NCBI RefSeq assembly: GCF_004010195.1
Contig: NC_057717.1
Coordinates: 72,172,074 to 72,236,073 of the forward strand
Direction of reading: 5' to 3'
Source of the DNA: Chiloscyllium plagiosum
Lineage: Eukaryota
Length of the DNA: 64,000 nt
The position numbers and the translations under genes are program-made. The notes below the pieces were generated by a model. It was given only the letters and a program-made list of their open reading frames with translations, ran no database searches and was not told the origin of the DNA. Shown here one piece after another: positions 12,856 through 25,293 of the stretch; position 1 is the first letter of the stretch, and each line of letters opens with the position of its first letter.

Positions 12856-13350
12856 ACATAGAATATCTCAGCACAGTGCAGGCCCTTCGGCCCTCGATCT
12901 TGCACTGACCTGTGAATAAAAATGCAATGCCCATCTAACCTTCACCGTTACATTATTATCCATATGTATGTCCAATGCACATTGAAATGCCCATATACTC
13001 AGCGAGTCTAGGACTGTTGCAGGCAGGCTAATCCACACCAGTACAGTTATCTGTCCTAAATCAATCGCCATTCAATTTAATGCTATGCCTCTTCGTGTTG
13101 GCCTTCACCGTCCGAGTAAAAAGGCTCTCACTGTCCACTCTATCTAACCTTCTGATAATCGTATAAGTCTCGATTAAATCACCTGTCAACCTTCTTCTCT
13201 CCGACCAAAACAACCTCAGTCTCGCTAGACTTTGCTCGTTAAACCTTCGATTCACACCAGTCAACATCCTAGTAAACCTCCTTTGAACCCTTTCCAGACC
13301 TTTCACATCAAACCATAATTCAGTGACTAAAACTGCATGCAATACTCCAG
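12856..13350 (-). mobile_element. CR1/HER1 LINE 3' end
   Basis: ORF 13061-13342 gives LERVQRRFTRML...LFWSERRRLTGDLIETYTIIRRLDRVD; tail aacatagaa...aggcccttcggccc. Confidence 0.9.
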
Positions 13351-13924
13351 ATGGAGCCCTACCAGGTGCTCAAGCCACACCTTATGTGATTTTATGGAAT
13401 GGCGTTGTATGGGCAGTTGCTGGGATGCAAGGAATTCTGGACCAGTGGTTCGCGAGAGAAAATGTCCTGCATTGTGGTGGCAAAGTGTGTAATTCAGTGA
13501 GCTTGGATATTGGTGAAAGTGGAACAGAATGCATACCTTCCACCGCTTCCTGCTTCCATTAAGCATTTTAATTCGGAACATATCTATCAACTGGCTTGCA
13601 TTTCAACACGGGCACACGGTACGGCTTGCAGAATAAATGTGTTTTCACTTTCACTGACACTGTGTCTCTCTGGGATCTGCAGTCCTTCCCCACGCTGACT
13701 CATACAGCACCGTCCTTCCTGAATCATATCCCATCGATGATGGAAGCAGATGTTTAAGTAACCTCAGCTTGGGAATGAAATGAACAATTTACAATTCCTA
13801 AACTTGTTTCATTTGTTCATTTGGCTAAAGCTAGAATCTTGTGTGAAGATCTGCAAGTCACATTTTCCGATGGGTGTTAAAAACTGAAAAAAAATATACA
13901 AACGACAAAACCTCGGAGGGAAAG

Positions 13925-14410
13925 AACTGATAGAGACCCTACAGTGCAGACAAAGGCCGTTCGGCTCATTGAATCTGCACATTGATTCCGAATAGCTTCA
14001 CACTCCCCTACCCTTTCTTTCCAACACGCCACTTACCAAGCAACTAGAAAAATAGAATTTACTAGAAATGCTCAGCCGATCTGACAGCATCAGTGGAGAC
14101 AAATCAGTCAACGCTTCAGTCAAGAACTGTTCTGTGGAAGGTTCACTCGAGTCGAAATGTTAACTCCGAATTTTCTGGTGCTTTAATTCATATTTTTGTA
14201 TCTGATTTACAGTACTTTCATCTCTTTCGTGTTTTATTTACCATCTACCTAACGTGCTCATCACTGGACTCTTTGAAGAAACCTCAAGAGCCAAAGGAAA
14301 CCCATGCGGGATAATGTGCAAACTCCACATTATCAATCACAGGCCGTTCAGGTTAAAATAAAAACTTGTTTCCTGGCGCCGACAGACAACAGTTTTAACC
14401 ACAGAGTTGC
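13925..14410 (-). mobile_element. degenerate HE1-type SINE split by another insert
   Basis: Tail at ~13930-14040 and head/core (tgtgcaaactccaca...taaccacagag) at ~14240-14410. Confidence 0.5.
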
Positions 14411-14426
14411 CTGAAAAGGCAAGCAC

Positions 14427-14498
14427 TTTTCTCGTTGGGTAACTGAATCTCGGATTGACGCGGTGATAGGCAGACTGACTACCCGGGGCTACTGTGAA
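14427..14498 (-). pseudogene. tRNA-Asp/Glu-like relic
   Basis: Reverse complement tgcctatcaccgcgtcaatccgagattcagttacccaacgagaaa resembles CGCCTGTCACGCGGGAGACCGGGGTTCGATTCCCCGACGGGGAG. It is followed by the same LINE-derived flank as the Glu relics at 29.0 and 32.2 kb. Confidence 0.45.
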
Positions 14499-15094
14499 AA
14501 AAGGAAGCCCTCTCAGCCTCTATGTCGGGCCTGGGCAATAACAAATATTTCACTATCCCAATTCCTTTAAAACCACTGACCCGATAGCTATGTGATGGCT
14601 GAAGAAATTCACACCTGAATAGTTCTTCAAGTGATGAGGGTTTCTGACCCTTACTGCGAGTTCAAGATTCCAAACACGCGATGGCTGAAATGGTGGGTTT
14701 ATTTCCCCAAATCACATACTCAAATCTTTCTGCCTCTTAAATCTCAGCATCCCTGATGATGTACATCTTCATCAAGGGGAAACATTTCTTTTACTTTATC
14801 CTGTCCATATCCCTCGTTACTTTATACATCTCAATCTTATCTCCTTTCAATTCCCTCTACGATAAAAAAAAGCCCAAACTTTCTTTATAACTGAAACTCC
14901 TCAGCCCAGACAATATCCTGGTAAATTTCTTCTAAACGGTTTCCAGTGCTATCACATCTCCTTTGCAACGTTAATTGCAGACAGCACACAATGGTCCAGA
15001 TGGAGCCGAATGAACAAATCAAACAAATGATCAGAAAGTCACTTACACTTTTCCACCAAACTCGCTTTTGCTTAATAATATCTTGTGTCCTTTT

Positions 15095-15285
15095 CATAGA
15101 ACCTTGAAACTTGTACAGTGTGTAAACAGGCCGTTCAGTTCAACAAGTCCACACTGACCCTTCGAAGAGGAACTCAAGTAGACCTATTCTCCTTTACTTT
15201 TATTGTATATTTACCACGAACTGATGCGCCTAACTTACACATGCCTGAACACGATGCGAAATTTAGCATGGCCAATTCACCTAAA
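15095..15285 (-). mobile_element. HE1-type SINE, 3' part
   Basis: acagtgtgtaaacaggccgttcag...aatttagcatggccaattcacctaa. Confidence 0.75.
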
Positions 15286-15821
15286 TCTTCTCGTCTCCTG
15301 ATACTCGTGTTCCACGATTTTCCTCAACATCTCTCTAAACTGTGCAGTTTCTGCATACTTTGTAGCCAGAACATTTGAAAGAATTTAATTATGTTTGGAA
15401 TTAATTGTGGCAATTCTTAATATACTGATTAATGTTTCCGATCGATGAATGTAACCGAGACATCAGAGTCAACCGAAAGACGCTGTCAGAGGTGGGAAAG
15501 ATAGAATAGTCTTGCACGCTGCTCTTGTGCACATTATCAATTTCAAACCAACCCAATCTCTGCAATCACAGGGAGTGAAAAGGAAACAATTAAACAGAGC
15601 ACCGTTTCAAATCTGTGAATCTTTAGAAACTCTGTGGGAGGGGAATGAAGGGAGACCTGACCGACTGAGCAGAGACTGTCAAGGGACATTCCCCTTCTGG
15701 AAGGAACAGGGACATGAACTCTGATATTCTCGAGGCATGAACTGAGCTGAGACATTGAAAGGATCCCCATCAGTTCTGCTCCCCTCTCGCTGTTATCACT
15801 GTCAGTAACAATAAAACCTGA

Positions 15822-15993
15822 TTTCCTGACCAGGCACCCAACTCTGGCCGACGTGAAGAAAACACCGACTCTAAACTATTGATGAAGGGCTTTTGCCCGA
15901 AACGTCAATTTTGCCTGTGCTCAGATGCTGCCTGAACTGCTGTGCTCTTCCAGCGGCACTAATCCAGAATCTAAACCATTACACCACCTGTGC
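15822..15993 (-). pseudogene. tRNA-Glu-derived relic interrupted by a Penelope-derived insert
   Basis: With 15881-15980 removed, the reverse complement reads cacaggtggtgtaatagtttagagtcggtgttttcttcacgtcggccagagttgggtgcctggtcaggaaa, resembling TCCCTGGTGGTCTAGTGGCTAGGATTCGGCGCTTTCACCGCCGCGGCCCGGGTTCGATTCCCGGTCAGGGAA. Confidence 0.6.
15881..15969 (+). mobile_element. short Penelope-derived insert with hammerhead-like core
   Basis: tgatgaagggcttttgcccgaaacgtc; TSD tctaaac(t/c)att at 15870-15880 / 15970-15980. Confidence 0.75.
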
Positions 15994-16706
15994 TGCCTCA
16001 TGAGTTGTTGGACAGCTTCTTAATGCCAAAGCATATGGTGTTTTATTTATCAGGACATAAGTTTGAGCAAGTCACCAACTGTTTACAGAACGGAAAGAGG
16101 CCCATCATACAAGTTTTCAGCACTTGGCCTGTCCCCTTGTTTTCTCAGATTTTTCAAGCACTAGTCAAATGCTATTATCCAGTCACGTTTTACAATGAAT
16201 GTGACTGAAGGTTAAGATGGGCAACCTGTGTTCATACCCCCTCGGTGAGTGGAACCCCATTTCCACAACAGAGGGAAACACACAGTCACATTCTGGCGGA
16301 GTGACTGAGGTCTCAGGAGAGATCAACCAGAAGGAAGGATTTCACCCAAATGGCTTATTTTGTCTCATTTCAGATTTCAACAACAGAGTCTGGTTACAGC
16401 ACAGAAAGGAAGCATTCAGCCATTCCCGTGTCCATGTTCCTCCCCTATCTAAGCATTGAGCGACGGAGGCAGTGTGCTCTGAAAGAAGGATTCTCACTCA
16501 TTAGAAACTGCAACATAATAGATGATTGGAACAAAACCAAGACAGAACTGAAGGCATCTGTGCAGAAGGATGAGAGAATATAATGCCGAATCAGACAGTG
16601 TCCAGGGTGAAAGAAACAGAGACTGTCCCAGGAAGTCTCGTCATTTGGTTTCCGTGCTCTCACAGCCATGGCCTGCAAACCGTTAGCATTTATAGTTACC
16701 AATATG

Positions 16707-16936
16707 GGGAGAAAGTGGGGTCTGCAGATGCTGGAGATCAGAGCTGAAAATGTGTTGCTGGAAAAGCGCAGCAGGTCAGGCAGCATCCGGGGAATAGGAG
16801 AATCGACGTTTCGGGCATAAGCCCTTCTTCAGGAAGGGCCCGATTCCTGAAGAATGGCTTATGCCCGAAACGTCGATTCTCCTGTTCCCTGGATGCTGCC
16901 TGACCTGCTGCGCTTTTCCAGGAACACATTTTCAGC
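16707..16936. mobile_element. palindromic Penelope-derived insert with two hammerhead-like cores
   Basis: Near-perfect inverted arms; perfect 14-bp TSD tagttaccaatatg (16693-16706 / 16937-16950). Confidence 0.85.
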
Positions 16937-18049
16937 TAGTTACCAATATGAAATGCTGCCTTCGCCTTAATATACAATTATGACCTGAACATACGCACAT
17001 AAATTGTGAAATTGATCTGATGTTTTAAATTCCATATTTAGGTAGAAAGAGTAACATGCAAACTCCTAGATTATCATTAAAATCCAATATTAAAGCCAGT
17101 TAGTGTTTTCATAAAACTGCAAATGCAGAGGTAGAGCGGGGAGTTGCATAACTGAAGGAGGCGACTGCTCCTGCTTTCGACCCATAACTTTTCATCCCTT
17201 TCTCCCCAAGAACAAGTGCAGAATAAAAATACTGGCAATCTGACATATATTTAAAAAAAAACAGAAAACGCTGGAAATATTCAACTTGTCTGGCAGCTTC
17301 TGAAAGTGTGGTCGAGGTCAACGCCATCACAACCTGATTATCTTTACATTTTATTCATGATAACTAATGCCCAAGTCACAACTCATTCAGACACGTTTCC
17401 TCATCTTTAAAACTGATGCACGCTTTTAGTTTGCCATGAGAAACGTTTTTTCAATTAATTCGGTACTAACAGGACAACCGTTTAAAGCTGTATGAAAGAT
17501 GTGACAAACGGTCAAACCAGACAAAATGAGGTGTCGCGTGAAGAAATATGTGTTTCAGTCAGGAAAGCTAAAATAAAATTGTTCATAGAAAATTGTGAAC
17601 TGGCTGCCGATGTTTTTGATGAGGTAAGAAGAAGTCTTGATGATGATAATCCAAAACGATCAGATAAATGTCGATTGGGGAAAAATGGCAAAAGTTCTGT
17701 GAGCCCGCTGTCCATGAAACCTGGGGAAAAAGGAATATAAGGGCAAGTAGCAATATTGATCATACATCGGCTGCGTGATGGCTTGCTGATGAAGGCTGCC
17801 ATCCTGAAATTCAATTTTCATGCGCCTCGGATGCCGTATGACCTGCTGTGCATTTTGAGCACCACTCCAATGCTGAATCTGATCTCCAGCGTCCGCAGTC
17901 CTCACTTTCGCCTGCAGGAAAGGGAACAGAGTCATCATTAAAAATTGTATTTTGAATTGGAAGAATCTTTCAAGCGAAGTTTGATTGAGCATTGATGTGT
18001 TGAAGTTCTAGATAGCTTAATTTAGCCCAACAGCATTGTCTGATTTGTT

Positions 18050-18270
18050 AGGGCTCCCAGCGCGCCCAGGGGTTTCTCTGATTGTTTGGAGGACCAGTGC
18101 CTCCAGCTTGGTCTTGTAGGGCCGCCTCTTCTTCGCATTATACGTCAACAGTTGGGATTGGTCCTGCAGCATGCATAGGTTTAACATGAACTGTGAGCAT
18201 GCTCGCGGTGAGTGATCACTGGAACGAAATGTTGTTGTCTCCAATCGACAGTCGGTGAGTGAGGGCTAAA
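18050..18270 (+). promoter_or_regulatory. possible decayed Pol II promoter / first-exon region
   Basis: Locally CpG-richer; CCAAT-type motifs (gattgg, ccaatc), tacgtca, gcatgc, and two ggtgagt donor-like sites. Confidence 0.25.
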
Positions 18271-19134
18271 GGGGAGGAAAGCGCCAGATGCTATAGCCCA
18301 GTTAGAGGTTTCATGTTTGGTCATTATATGATTCTTGACCCAAACATAGTGCATCTGGGGCCGCGACTTAAGTCACAGAGAGCCTGAGCTTCTTCCCCGA
18401 AACAGGCCCCAGTCAGCGCTCGCTATTCCTGGCTCAGTATTATTTTGTTTTGGTTTTTTTATGAGTTTATCAGGTCACTGTTGGTTTATCTCTCTTTAGT
18501 GTGAATAGAGCTGAAAATAAATGATATTGTTTTAAATCATTGTTGTGCTCCATGATTGTCTGGTGTTTTTCGGAGATGCTCGGGTGTGTATTAGTGACTG
18601 AAATTGATGGGAAAGTATACCCCATCAATATCTCTACCCCTTACCTTGCTGTAAATGTGACAGAGACGGAAAGAATGGAGCAGGAAGTGGAGGGACAGGA
18701 TTCCTGAGCAGGCTCGCGGGTCACGGGGTAATTCGAATTTGGGGTCTTTCGTTACCAATCCCAACACCAAAAAAAGACCCATTATTTTACTCACTGTTCC
18801 CCTTCCCCACCCCACCCTACCGCTCCCTACACCCAGTATCAGCAACGTTTTAAAGACGTTTACTTATTTCATACATACTCTTTCGCTTTTGTCAGAACAT
18901 TCAGTAATTTGTGAACTGGATTGAAATTTAGAGACAGAGCAGCCAGTGTACGAATATCAAAAATCACTTTGCACCTCCTCGAAACTGCCGAAGTTGTGTG
19001 CAAAAAATACTCCCCGATTGCTGTTTGGTCAGGATTTACAGGAATTTTTGTAATCCAGATAATGTGTTACTGATATCTGTGTCAGTTCAAAACAATTGGT
19101 TTTGATATCCCACGTTTAACAGAATGGTAATTTG

Positions 19135-20800
19135 AAAAATCAGAACAGGACTGGCTTGTTGTGATGTTTGATCTTTTTCCATAATTCAATGTGATCTTGG
19201 CTGGTCATTTCGCACAGTAACCTGCTACCTCTCTAGACATGTACCTTATGATCCTTCTTACCCTCAATATTATAGACATCTTCACCTTGTAAACGTTCTG
19301 GCTTTCATTACTTTCTGTGGCAGCAAATTCCACAGAGTAACCAGTCTTTGATTAAAAAATAAAATCCTCATCTCAGTCTTAAATGGACTACCCCATATTC
19401 TTGGAAGTGACGCCACCTTTCCACCCCTTACGTTATTGAAAGCATCCTTTCTGCATTTACCTTGTTCGTACCTTCTGGAATTTTATTCGTTTCTGTGACA
19501 TCCTACTTCATCATTCTAAACTTGAGTGATTTTCATCCTCACGAATCCATTCTTTCCTTATACATCAGTCCTGCCATCCCATGAATCAGTCTGGTAAACC
19601 TTTGTTGTGCAGACTCCGTATGGAGAATATCTTTATCATGTCAGGATTCCAAAACTGCACACAACACTCTAGGTTGTGGTCTCAACAAGACCCTGCACAA
19701 TTTCAGCAAGTCATCTCTGCTCTGTGTTCAAATCCTCACAGTCCAAAGGCTAACACACTGTTGTCTTCCTCACCTGCTGCTGCGCTTGCATGCTTACGTT
19801 CAATGATTTGTGTACAAGAAGACGAGATCTGTTTTCCTATTTTAGTTTCGTAAATTTATGCTGGCTCTCTCCAATCCAGTTACTGTTTTCCAGAGTCGCG
19901 CTAACTTCTCTGTTATTCCATGTTTTCTCACTACTTCCTTTTGTAAATAGTCGGGTCACATTATCTGACCTCCTATCCATAGATAACGTTTCAGAGTCGC
20001 TAGAATATTGAAATATGACAATTAATTTGCTCTACTTATACTCCACACTCTCGTTACACAACGCATTCCCGGCATTTAGGTTGAATTTAAGTACACGGTT
20101 GTTTGATTCACAGTTGATGGAATTTATTATCTTTTAATCACATCAATTTCCACAACATCTTCCTGATAATAATGATTTCCTTCAGTTCCTCCCTTTCTTT
20201 TTCTTCCCAGCACTTTAGGAATATTACTTGTGTCATCATTTGTGATGATAGAACCTATATACATGTTTGTTTGGTATGCCATATATTTATCCCACATTAT
20301 AATATCCTCTGTTTCTCATTGTAAGGGATTTATTTCCAATAATCGTTTCTTTTTCTCACTTCATATACTTTCAGGAGCTTTAACAATTCATTATTTGTTT
20401 CTCTGAAGCTTACATTTAAACGAATTTTTCGCTCTGCATTAATATTTCGTGGTCTTGTGCTGAAACTGGAACTGCCCTCAGTCTTAATGTTTGCTGCTAT
20501 TGTCAGCCACTTTGTAAGCCTCTTCCTTGAGTGCAGTACTATGCCCTAATATCCCATGTAGGTCATGACATGGCCACGGTTCCCATTTTCTTTTTGTCGG
20601 ACATGAGTGTGAATCAGTTGCAGTTCCTGCAAATGCTTTCCAAGTGCTGTCAACACTTTAATGTCTGTTCCCAACTTGTACCCTGCTCATGCTTCATATC
20701 AGTGTCATTTCTTCTAATTAGATTTCAGTTCATATCTAGACAGCTGTATCATTCTCCACCTTCATGAAGAGTTATCTCACTGTGTTCTTCACTCTTCCAT
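19135..20800 (-). mobile_element. highly degenerate CR1/L2-type LINE fragment
   Basis: Reverse-strand ORF2 C-terminal and 3' UTR-like sequence (aaattccacagagtaacc, ccaaaactgcacacaacactctaggttgtggtctc). Confidence 0.65.
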
Positions 20801-21244
20801 TACGGAACACATACAGATAGATTGAAAATTATTCCTTGTCATTTATACAAATAAAGCTTTGAAATCAAAGTTGCCATATTCCCAAGCCTGCTCTCTCATT
20901 ACAGAGACAGAGTGATCACGCGAGTTGAAAGATGATGCTTTAACTTGAGAGTCACTGTGCCTCCGGCAAGGCACAAAATTGAGAATGCGGGAACTTCATG
21001 GAGCCAGTACAAGTAAATTACACACGCTGTTGCTGTCATTCTTCATCGCAATCTAGTCGCCCAGCCAAATAAGCTAGCCCACCAATTGCCAGTAAACAGT
21101 ACGAAATGGAGCATGCTCTGTCTCCCATTTGTGTCCTTAATATCTCGACCCAGAAAACCATCTCATACATACACCTTCATAGCATTGTTACGGATCTGAT
21201 TTGCTCAATCTCCGGGCAGATTGAAGTCGCATGCAATAACTATA

Positions 21245-21740
21245 AAGCCACAAGCTAAAGGAGCAGAATTCGGCTATTCTACCCATCGAGATCTCTGCAA
21301 CATAGGTCTTGGTTGATGTGTTTCCTAACCTCATTCTTCTGCTTTCTGCCATCTTCTGCAACTGTTGTTCCCGTCATCAATCAGCGATATATCAGTGTCT
21401 GTCTTGAATATTCTCAATAACATTTAGCGCCACATCCCTCTCTGGCAAGGAGTTCCAAAGAATCACTACCCTCTGGCTAAAGCATCTCACTTCAAAATGC
21501 TCATCCTTTTTTCTATGAGGCTGGGCCTCGGATCATAATCTCTCTTACCCGTTGAAAAACCTTTCCACAGCCACTTTAGTAACGACTCTCTGTATTGTAT
21601 AAGTTTCAATCAAAGTTTTAAACTCCATCAAATACAGACCCCGAGTATTCAACTGCTCCGTTTTATGGCAAGCCCTTTTCCTCCCAAGATCATTCTTATA
21701 AACCTTCTTTGTACCCCCTCCAGTGCCAGCACATTCCTTG
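21245..21740 (-). mobile_element. CR1/L2 LINE 3' fragment
   Basis: ggagcagaattcggctattc tail; gagttccaaagaatcactaccctctgg. Confidence 0.65.
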
Positions 21741-22260
21741 GAATATTGTGCACAGTTCTGGTTTCCTTGTTATGAGAAGGATTTCATAAATTGGAGAGGG
21801 TTCCGAAAGTATTTACCAGTATGATGTCATGAAAGGAGGTCTTCTGTTGTGAAAATAGGCTGCTATATTTTTTCATTGGAGCAGATGACTTCAAGATTTG
21901 ACCTGATTAAGATTTGTCAAATCACAAGGAGCATAAATAAGATTAATATCAAATGTGAGGGAGATCGTAACTAGGGGTACAATTTTGAGGGACAAGAAGG
22001 AAGATTTGTAAAGGACATGAGGGGCAGCTTTGTTTTGGCACTCTGGTCAGTGTGTGCAGTGAACCGCTAGAGGAAGTGATGGATGCAGGTACAGTTAAAT
22101 TGTTTCAAATTCTCTTGGATAAGTACCTGATTAGGAATGTACTTGAGGTATATGGGCTAAATGCAGGCAGGCTGATCTATTTTAATTTGACAATATATTT
22201 TGCATGGTATATATGGAGTGAATGGTCTGTTAAAGTGCTGTTTGACTCTGACTCTACCCT
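21741..22260 (+). mobile_element. CR1 LINE 3' fragment
   Basis: EYCAQFWFPCYEKD-like coding remnant followed by a 3' tail with tgactc repeats. Confidence 0.7.
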
Positions 22261-22366
22261 TACATATCAGGCCTAACTTGCAATGTTCCAAAGGCGGTCT
22301 GACCACAGCCAGAAAAACGCTCAACTGGATATATCCGCTCTTGTATTCGAGGCCCCTTGATATAAA

Positions 22367-22866
22367 NNNNNNNNNNNNNNNNNNNNNNNNNNNNNNNNNN
22401 NNNNNNNNNNNNNNNNNNNNNNNNNNNNNNNNNNNNNNNNNNNNNNNNNNNNNNNNNNNNNNNNNNNNNNNNNNNNNNNNNNNNNNNNNNNNNNNNNNNN
22501 NNNNNNNNNNNNNNNNNNNNNNNNNNNNNNNNNNNNNNNNNNNNNNNNNNNNNNNNNNNNNNNNNNNNNNNNNNNNNNNNNNNNNNNNNNNNNNNNNNNN
22601 NNNNNNNNNNNNNNNNNNNNNNNNNNNNNNNNNNNNNNNNNNNNNNNNNNNNNNNNNNNNNNNNNNNNNNNNNNNNNNNNNNNNNNNNNNNNNNNNNNNN
22701 NNNNNNNNNNNNNNNNNNNNNNNNNNNNNNNNNNNNNNNNNNNNNNNNNNNNNNNNNNNNNNNNNNNNNNNNNNNNNNNNNNNNNNNNNNNNNNNNNNNN
22801 NNNNNNNNNNNNNNNNNNNNNNNNNNNNNNNNNNNNNNNNNNNNNNNNNNNNNNNNNNNNNNNNNN
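22367..22866. other. assembly gap (N run)
   Basis: Run of N. Confidence 1.
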
Positions 22867-23049
22867 AAGCAAAATAAATGTTAGTGTGAGAGCTGCTGGA
22901 TTGCGCTGCTGGATCTGATCATTACCACAATCACATGTTCCCCACATGTCGATAGTTGAAATGACCATCAAACGAGACGATGAGAAATCAGTGAAGGGAC
23001 AAAAAAAATCAGTGAAATTACTGGAAGAGTGCCACAGACTCCCGAACAC

Positions 23050-23470
23050 CGTAGGGGTATAGAGGAGCTAATACGCAGTCAATCTCGCAATAATGATAAA
23101 ATAATAGGGCCGTAATAGAAGGGATTTTTCACAACTCCAATTTAATTTGTCACTGTAATGCAAGATGATTTTTCAAGTGATTTCAAGAGCACTGTTTTGG
23201 TCAGTCATGGCAAGACCAACAAGAGGGGCACAATTGTGGAGCTAGGTTTAAGAAATTAAGCTGGGCAGTAGGAGGAATGGCAGTGGGATCGCATCGTTGT
23301 GTCAGAGATCATAACCCAGTCAGCTTTGCCATCGTACTGAAAACAACCTAATGTGTATGTTGATTTTACCAATGCTTTTGATGGTGTCCCACATGGCAAA
23401 CTGTTTAACAGGTAGAAGTTCGTGGCATTAATGGAACGTGACAAATGAGGTAACATTACTAGCTTAGTAG
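23050..23470 (+). mobile_element. internally deleted CR1 endonuclease/RT fragment
   Basis: gattttaccaatgcttttgatggtgtcccacatggcaaactg encodes DFTNAFDGVPHGKL, an RT motif. Confidence 0.55.
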
Positions 23471-24787
23471 CAGGAAATAAAGAGGATTTGGTGACAGGTA
23501 ATCTCTGGTCCATGTGAATAAAGGCTCTAACATGAGGATCGATCTCACGAACACGCGATTGAAATGGATCACGAGTATTAAGGTCCCGATGGTGGGAGGG
23601 GACACGTTTACCCAGAAACGCTGACAGCATTAGCACAGTCACAGCAGTGTCAATATTAGAGTTAGATTATGGAATGCCTCAGTAAAATGGGAGGAGCGAC
23701 GTAAAGGAGGATTATTGACCGTGGGAGGGAGAGAAATTTCCGAGAATGGGTGGGTTGGAATTCAGAAGTGTGATATTCCGCAAAAGTAACCAATTCTGCG
23801 GAATACCACATAGTCCCAGTGAACAGGCCCAAAATCAGAGAAAGTGAATGGCGCAGCAGTGAAGATCAAACTGGAAATGTGGATGGGGATGAGCTTGCTT
23901 TGGTGGTATAAAGGTGCATGAAATGCTGGGACTGGGAGCTCCAACCTCACTTGAGTACCTCCTATAACATGGAGCAGGGACAGTGGGACATCAGACTGCG
24001 AGCTCCAATTCACATGGATCATATTCTGTTGGCATGAAGCTTTGTGCATTGCGAGATCAGGCTGGAAGTTCCAATCTCTCCTGGAGCAGCTTTTATTGAT
24101 AACGAGCAGGAAGCAATGAGACATCAAGCTGAGGAAAATGTTATTTTGTTATTTTATTCTGAACTAAAGTAGTTTTTAGCAGGACCCAGTTTTATAGTTT
24201 GAGTCAGTATCTGTCCCAGGGAAATCTCTCAATAGTAAGGGAAAATGCTGCAAAGGTTACGACGTAGAGGAGAATCTATGGAGAGAGAAACTGAGGTAAT
24301 GTTTTCTCTTTCTGACTTTTATCATATGACTGACTGCAATACGGTTCAATTGCAGCAAGCGATTTTCAGCTCGTGTCATGTTATTAAATTTCCTGAAAGC
24401 CCACCCAAGTCATTAAAGTAATCTAAACGTCCAAACATTAATGGAAAATATGATGTTGCGATATGCTCGAGTTTATCTTGATTTATGGAGGAAAAACAGG
24501 AAACTGATGTTGAAATGTACAAGATCAGCGGTTATCCCATTCAATGGCTGAACAGACAGAGGGTGAATTGAAGCTTCGTGAGGACAAATATGTTTTCTTT
24601 GTGAAACTCGCTGATTCACAAACTGAGGACTGTCGAACTGAAGTAGTGATGATGATTTTCTTTTCTGCTTGTTAAAGTTTTGAACATGACTGCTACTTTT
24701 CATGTCCATGGTAACATCAAACAGTTTGATTCCCTCCCACGTTTGTTAAGTCTGCGTTACTTTGCAGATAGCGGCAGAAAATGACAA

Positions 24788-24859
24788 TATTGTAAGTCAA
24801 ATTCTAGCTGATCGTTCTGCTGCCGCAACACAAAGCACTAACCACTGCACGATATCGGC
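24788..24859 (-). pseudogene. tRNA-His(GTG)-derived relic
   Basis: Reverse complement gccgatatcgtgcagtggttagtgctttgtgttgcggcagcag resembles GCCGTGATCGTATAGTGGTTAGTACTCTGCGTTGTGGCCGCAG. Confidence 0.75.
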
Positions 24860-25293
24860 ACCACATGGAATAGCATGATGCGAAAAGCAGTAAAGATAGT
24901 GCGAGAGGATATCTTAGGAACAAAACCACGTGAACAACTGGAATATTTGACAGACAGTGACTGAGGCAGGCGAACTCAGGTTGGACTGAAACTTTAACTT
25001 CGGTATCTCCAGAGTTGGTGGAGATTTCATCAGTGAGTTTGATGAAGGCTAAGATTGATGTACTTCTCCAGAAGATGAGAGCATCAGGGGATAGTGCAGG
25101 GTATTGGTGGAATGTATTTCCACAAAAAATGTAGTTTACCATTGGTTACCTCACCAATTTCCTCAGACAAGGAAGTGACCACTGCTGTGGAATATCATAT
25201 AGTCCCAGTTCCCCGGCCTGGAATCAGAGAAACTCGTGGTGCAGCAGCGAAGAACAAACAGGAAATGCGGATGTGGATGAGCCAGTGGATGTG

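Noticed and set aside
18270-18290. GGGGAGGAAAG resembling the bacterial RNase P CR-I motif
   Set aside because: No matching P4 partner or other conserved regions, and it does not resemble vertebrate RPPH1 or RMRP.
1653-23049. Long ORFs (136-291 aa) in the ORF track
   Set aside because: They are long only because they run through N gaps.
23522-23600. Minus-strand tRNA 3' half (gttcgtgagatcgatcctcatgttagagcc), with a homologue at ~29760-29830
   Set aside because: It is plausibly an Ile, Met, Thr or Arg relic, but no 5' half is recognisable and the isotype cannot be assigned.
25209-25280. Additional Glu-like relic upstream of each Ile relic
   Set aside because: Similarity is limited to the terminal ~20 nt, which is too weak by eye.
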